Assembly: GCA_017476545.1 (NCBI GenBank)
Contig: JAFUZP010000032.1
Span: 27,180 to 91,179, forward strand
Source: Alloprevotella sp.
GTDB lineage: Bacteria; Bacteroidota; Bacteroidia; Bacteroidales; Bacteroidaceae
Length of the DNA stretch: 64,000 nt
Direction of reading: 5' to 3'
Part shown: positions 62,499-64,000 of the stretch, piece by piece
Layout: each line of letters starts with the position of its first letter
Position numbering within the stretch: position 1 is the stretch's first letter
Notes under the pieces: generated by a model
What the model was told of the DNA's origin: nothing
The model's database searches: none
What the model saw: only the letters and a program-made list of their open reading frames with translations
Translations under genes and position numbers: made by a program

Positions 62499-63845
62499 AT
62501 GCACAGGAAATATATTACTATAGCTTTTTCATTCCTCATAGCTGCGGCGGCTTGGGCGCAAGGCACTACAGAGACTATTGCCACCGATACCACGCTGACA
62601 AGCATCGCACGGCAGTATGGTGACTCGCTCGCGCAGCTAAAAGCCCGCTATGGCGAAAGTTGGCGCTATGAGGCGGCAGACACGATGAGCAATCCCTACT
62701 ACTTCCTTTTGTTCTCTAGCCCGACATATTACGGAAACGCTGCGCATAACGGTTTCGGTACGCTCGGTTATCATGTGGGGAACGGCTTCCGGGCGGGCAA
62801 TGCAAGGGCGGATATGCAGGCCGCGCGCTTTCTTCCGCATCTTGAAGGGACAGACAGGGCACTCCTATATATATATACGCGCTCGCCATGGCTGGTGCGT
62901 CACTTGGACACAGAAGCGCAGGAAGGACCCGATAGCGGCATGGAACTGGAAGTCAGGCCGCAGGTAAAGCTGTCGGAACAACTCAACGAGGCGGATGTAC
63001 CTGAGACGCCTGCGGAAGAAACGGAGGTGGATATTGAAGTGAGGCGGCCTAATTTCTGGACATTTGCGGGGAACTTCGCTTTCCAGCTCATCCAAAACTA
63101 CGTAACCGACAACTGGTATAAAGGCGGCGAGAGCCACCATTCGATGCTCGCTACGGTCGTGGCCGAGGCAAACTACGATAACAAACAGCGCGTGACGTTC
63201 AAGAACAAACTGGAGATGAAGCTAGGCTTCCAGAGTTCCCACTCAGACGAGAAGCACAAATACAAGACGAACAGCGACCTCATACGATTGACGAACGAGT
63301 TCGGACTGAAAGCGACAAAACACTGGTACTATTCCGCCATGTTACAGAGCTGGACGCAGTTCTATCGCGGCTACAAGAAGAACGATGATCGCATCTACAG
63401 CGACTTCATGTCTCCCTTCGAGTCCCTGCTCACATTCGGTATGAAGTACAGCTTCGAGACAAAGAACAAACGCTTCAAGGTGGACGTGAACCTGTCGCCC
63501 CTTGCCGCACATTTACTCTACGTCGGGCGACCCTCGCTGGAAGAGGCGTTCGGACTTAGGGGCAGGCATCACAGCAAATTCGAATATGGTTCGAACGTCA
63601 CGGCCACCCACTCATGGACCGTCTGCAAGAACGTAACGTGGACTGGCCGCTTCTACTATTACACTAACTACGACAAGACGCAAGTGGAATGGGAGAACAC
63701 GTTCAACCTAAAGGTGAACAAGTTCCTCTCCACCCAGCTGTTCCTCTATCCCCGCTTCGACGATGGCGTGATGCGCAGCGCGCCGGACGCATCCTACTTC
63801 CAGTTCAAGGAGTACCTGTCCGTCGGGCTAAACGTCAGTATATAA
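62499..63845 (+). CDS. DUF3078 family outer-membrane beta-barrel protein
   Basis: Signal peptide; QNYVTDNWYKGGE, SDFMSP, EWENTF and FQFKEYLSVG motifs. Confidence 0.85.
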   Translation: MHRKYITIAFSFLIAAAAWAQGTTETIATDTTLTSIARQYGDSLAQLKARYGESWRYEAADTMSNPYYFLLFSSPTYYGNAAHNGFGTLGYHVGNGFRAGNARADMQAARFLPHLEGTDRALLYIYTRSPWLVRHLDTEAQEGPDSGMELEVRPQVKLSEQLNEADVPETPAEETEVDIEVRRPNFWTFAGNFAFQLIQNYVTDNWYKGGESHHSMLATVVAEANYDNKQRVTFKNKLEMKLGFQSSHSDEKHKYKTNSDLIRLTNEFGLKATKHWYYSAMLQSWTQFYRGYKKNDDRIYSDFMSPFESLLTFGMKYSFETKNKRFKVDVNLSPLAAHLLYVGRPSLEEAFGLRGRHHSKFEYGSNVTATHSWTVCKNVTWTGRFYYYTNYDKTQVEWENTFNLKVNKFLSTQLFLYPRFDDGVMRSAPDASYFQFKEYLSVGLNVSI

Positions 63846-64000
63846 TAATAAACGGTATGCCCGCCCTTGGAAGTTCCACCCGTTTTGGCTACTTTTGGCA
63901 AGCGAAAGCCCGACAGACACATGTGTACAACGCCTAGCGAAAACATATTCCCCGCATGCTTCGTTGAGTTCCCCACCGACGTTGAGGGACGCAGCGCAGC

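Overview
Chromosomal window from a Bacteroidales bacterium (Prevotellaceae-like, judged from the T9SS porU/porV genes, TAnnTTTG promoters and gene order). It holds 43 CDS, 42 of them on the minus strand: ispF-porV-porU, rlhA, an RND efflux operon ending in an lpxA paralog, a Dna2-like nuclease-helicase, a 3-amino-sugar/GT2 glycan cluster, a GH5 mannanase, smpB, dbpA, glycogen genes, rarA, two ABC-F ATPases, rho, dpp5, yidC, pyrG and a phosphate-type two-component/transporter cluster. I saw no rRNA, tRNA, CRISPR-Cas or transposase. The main unexplained signal is non-coding. Six intergenic arrays repeat a 14-bp palindrome (consensus TAACCCTAGGGTTA) with a 22-bp period and polar 8-bp linkers. Two of the arrays lie inside homologous ~350-bp elements in opposite orientation (27602-27967 and 42663-43014). 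Both elements end in TGTTTCACG...CGTGAAACA, the two halves of the canonical parS palindrome. A second signal is a pair of Pho-box-like 11-bp direct repeats at the same offset from two promoters. All alignments were done by eye, and several CDS starts were moved downstream of the ORF-track starts.
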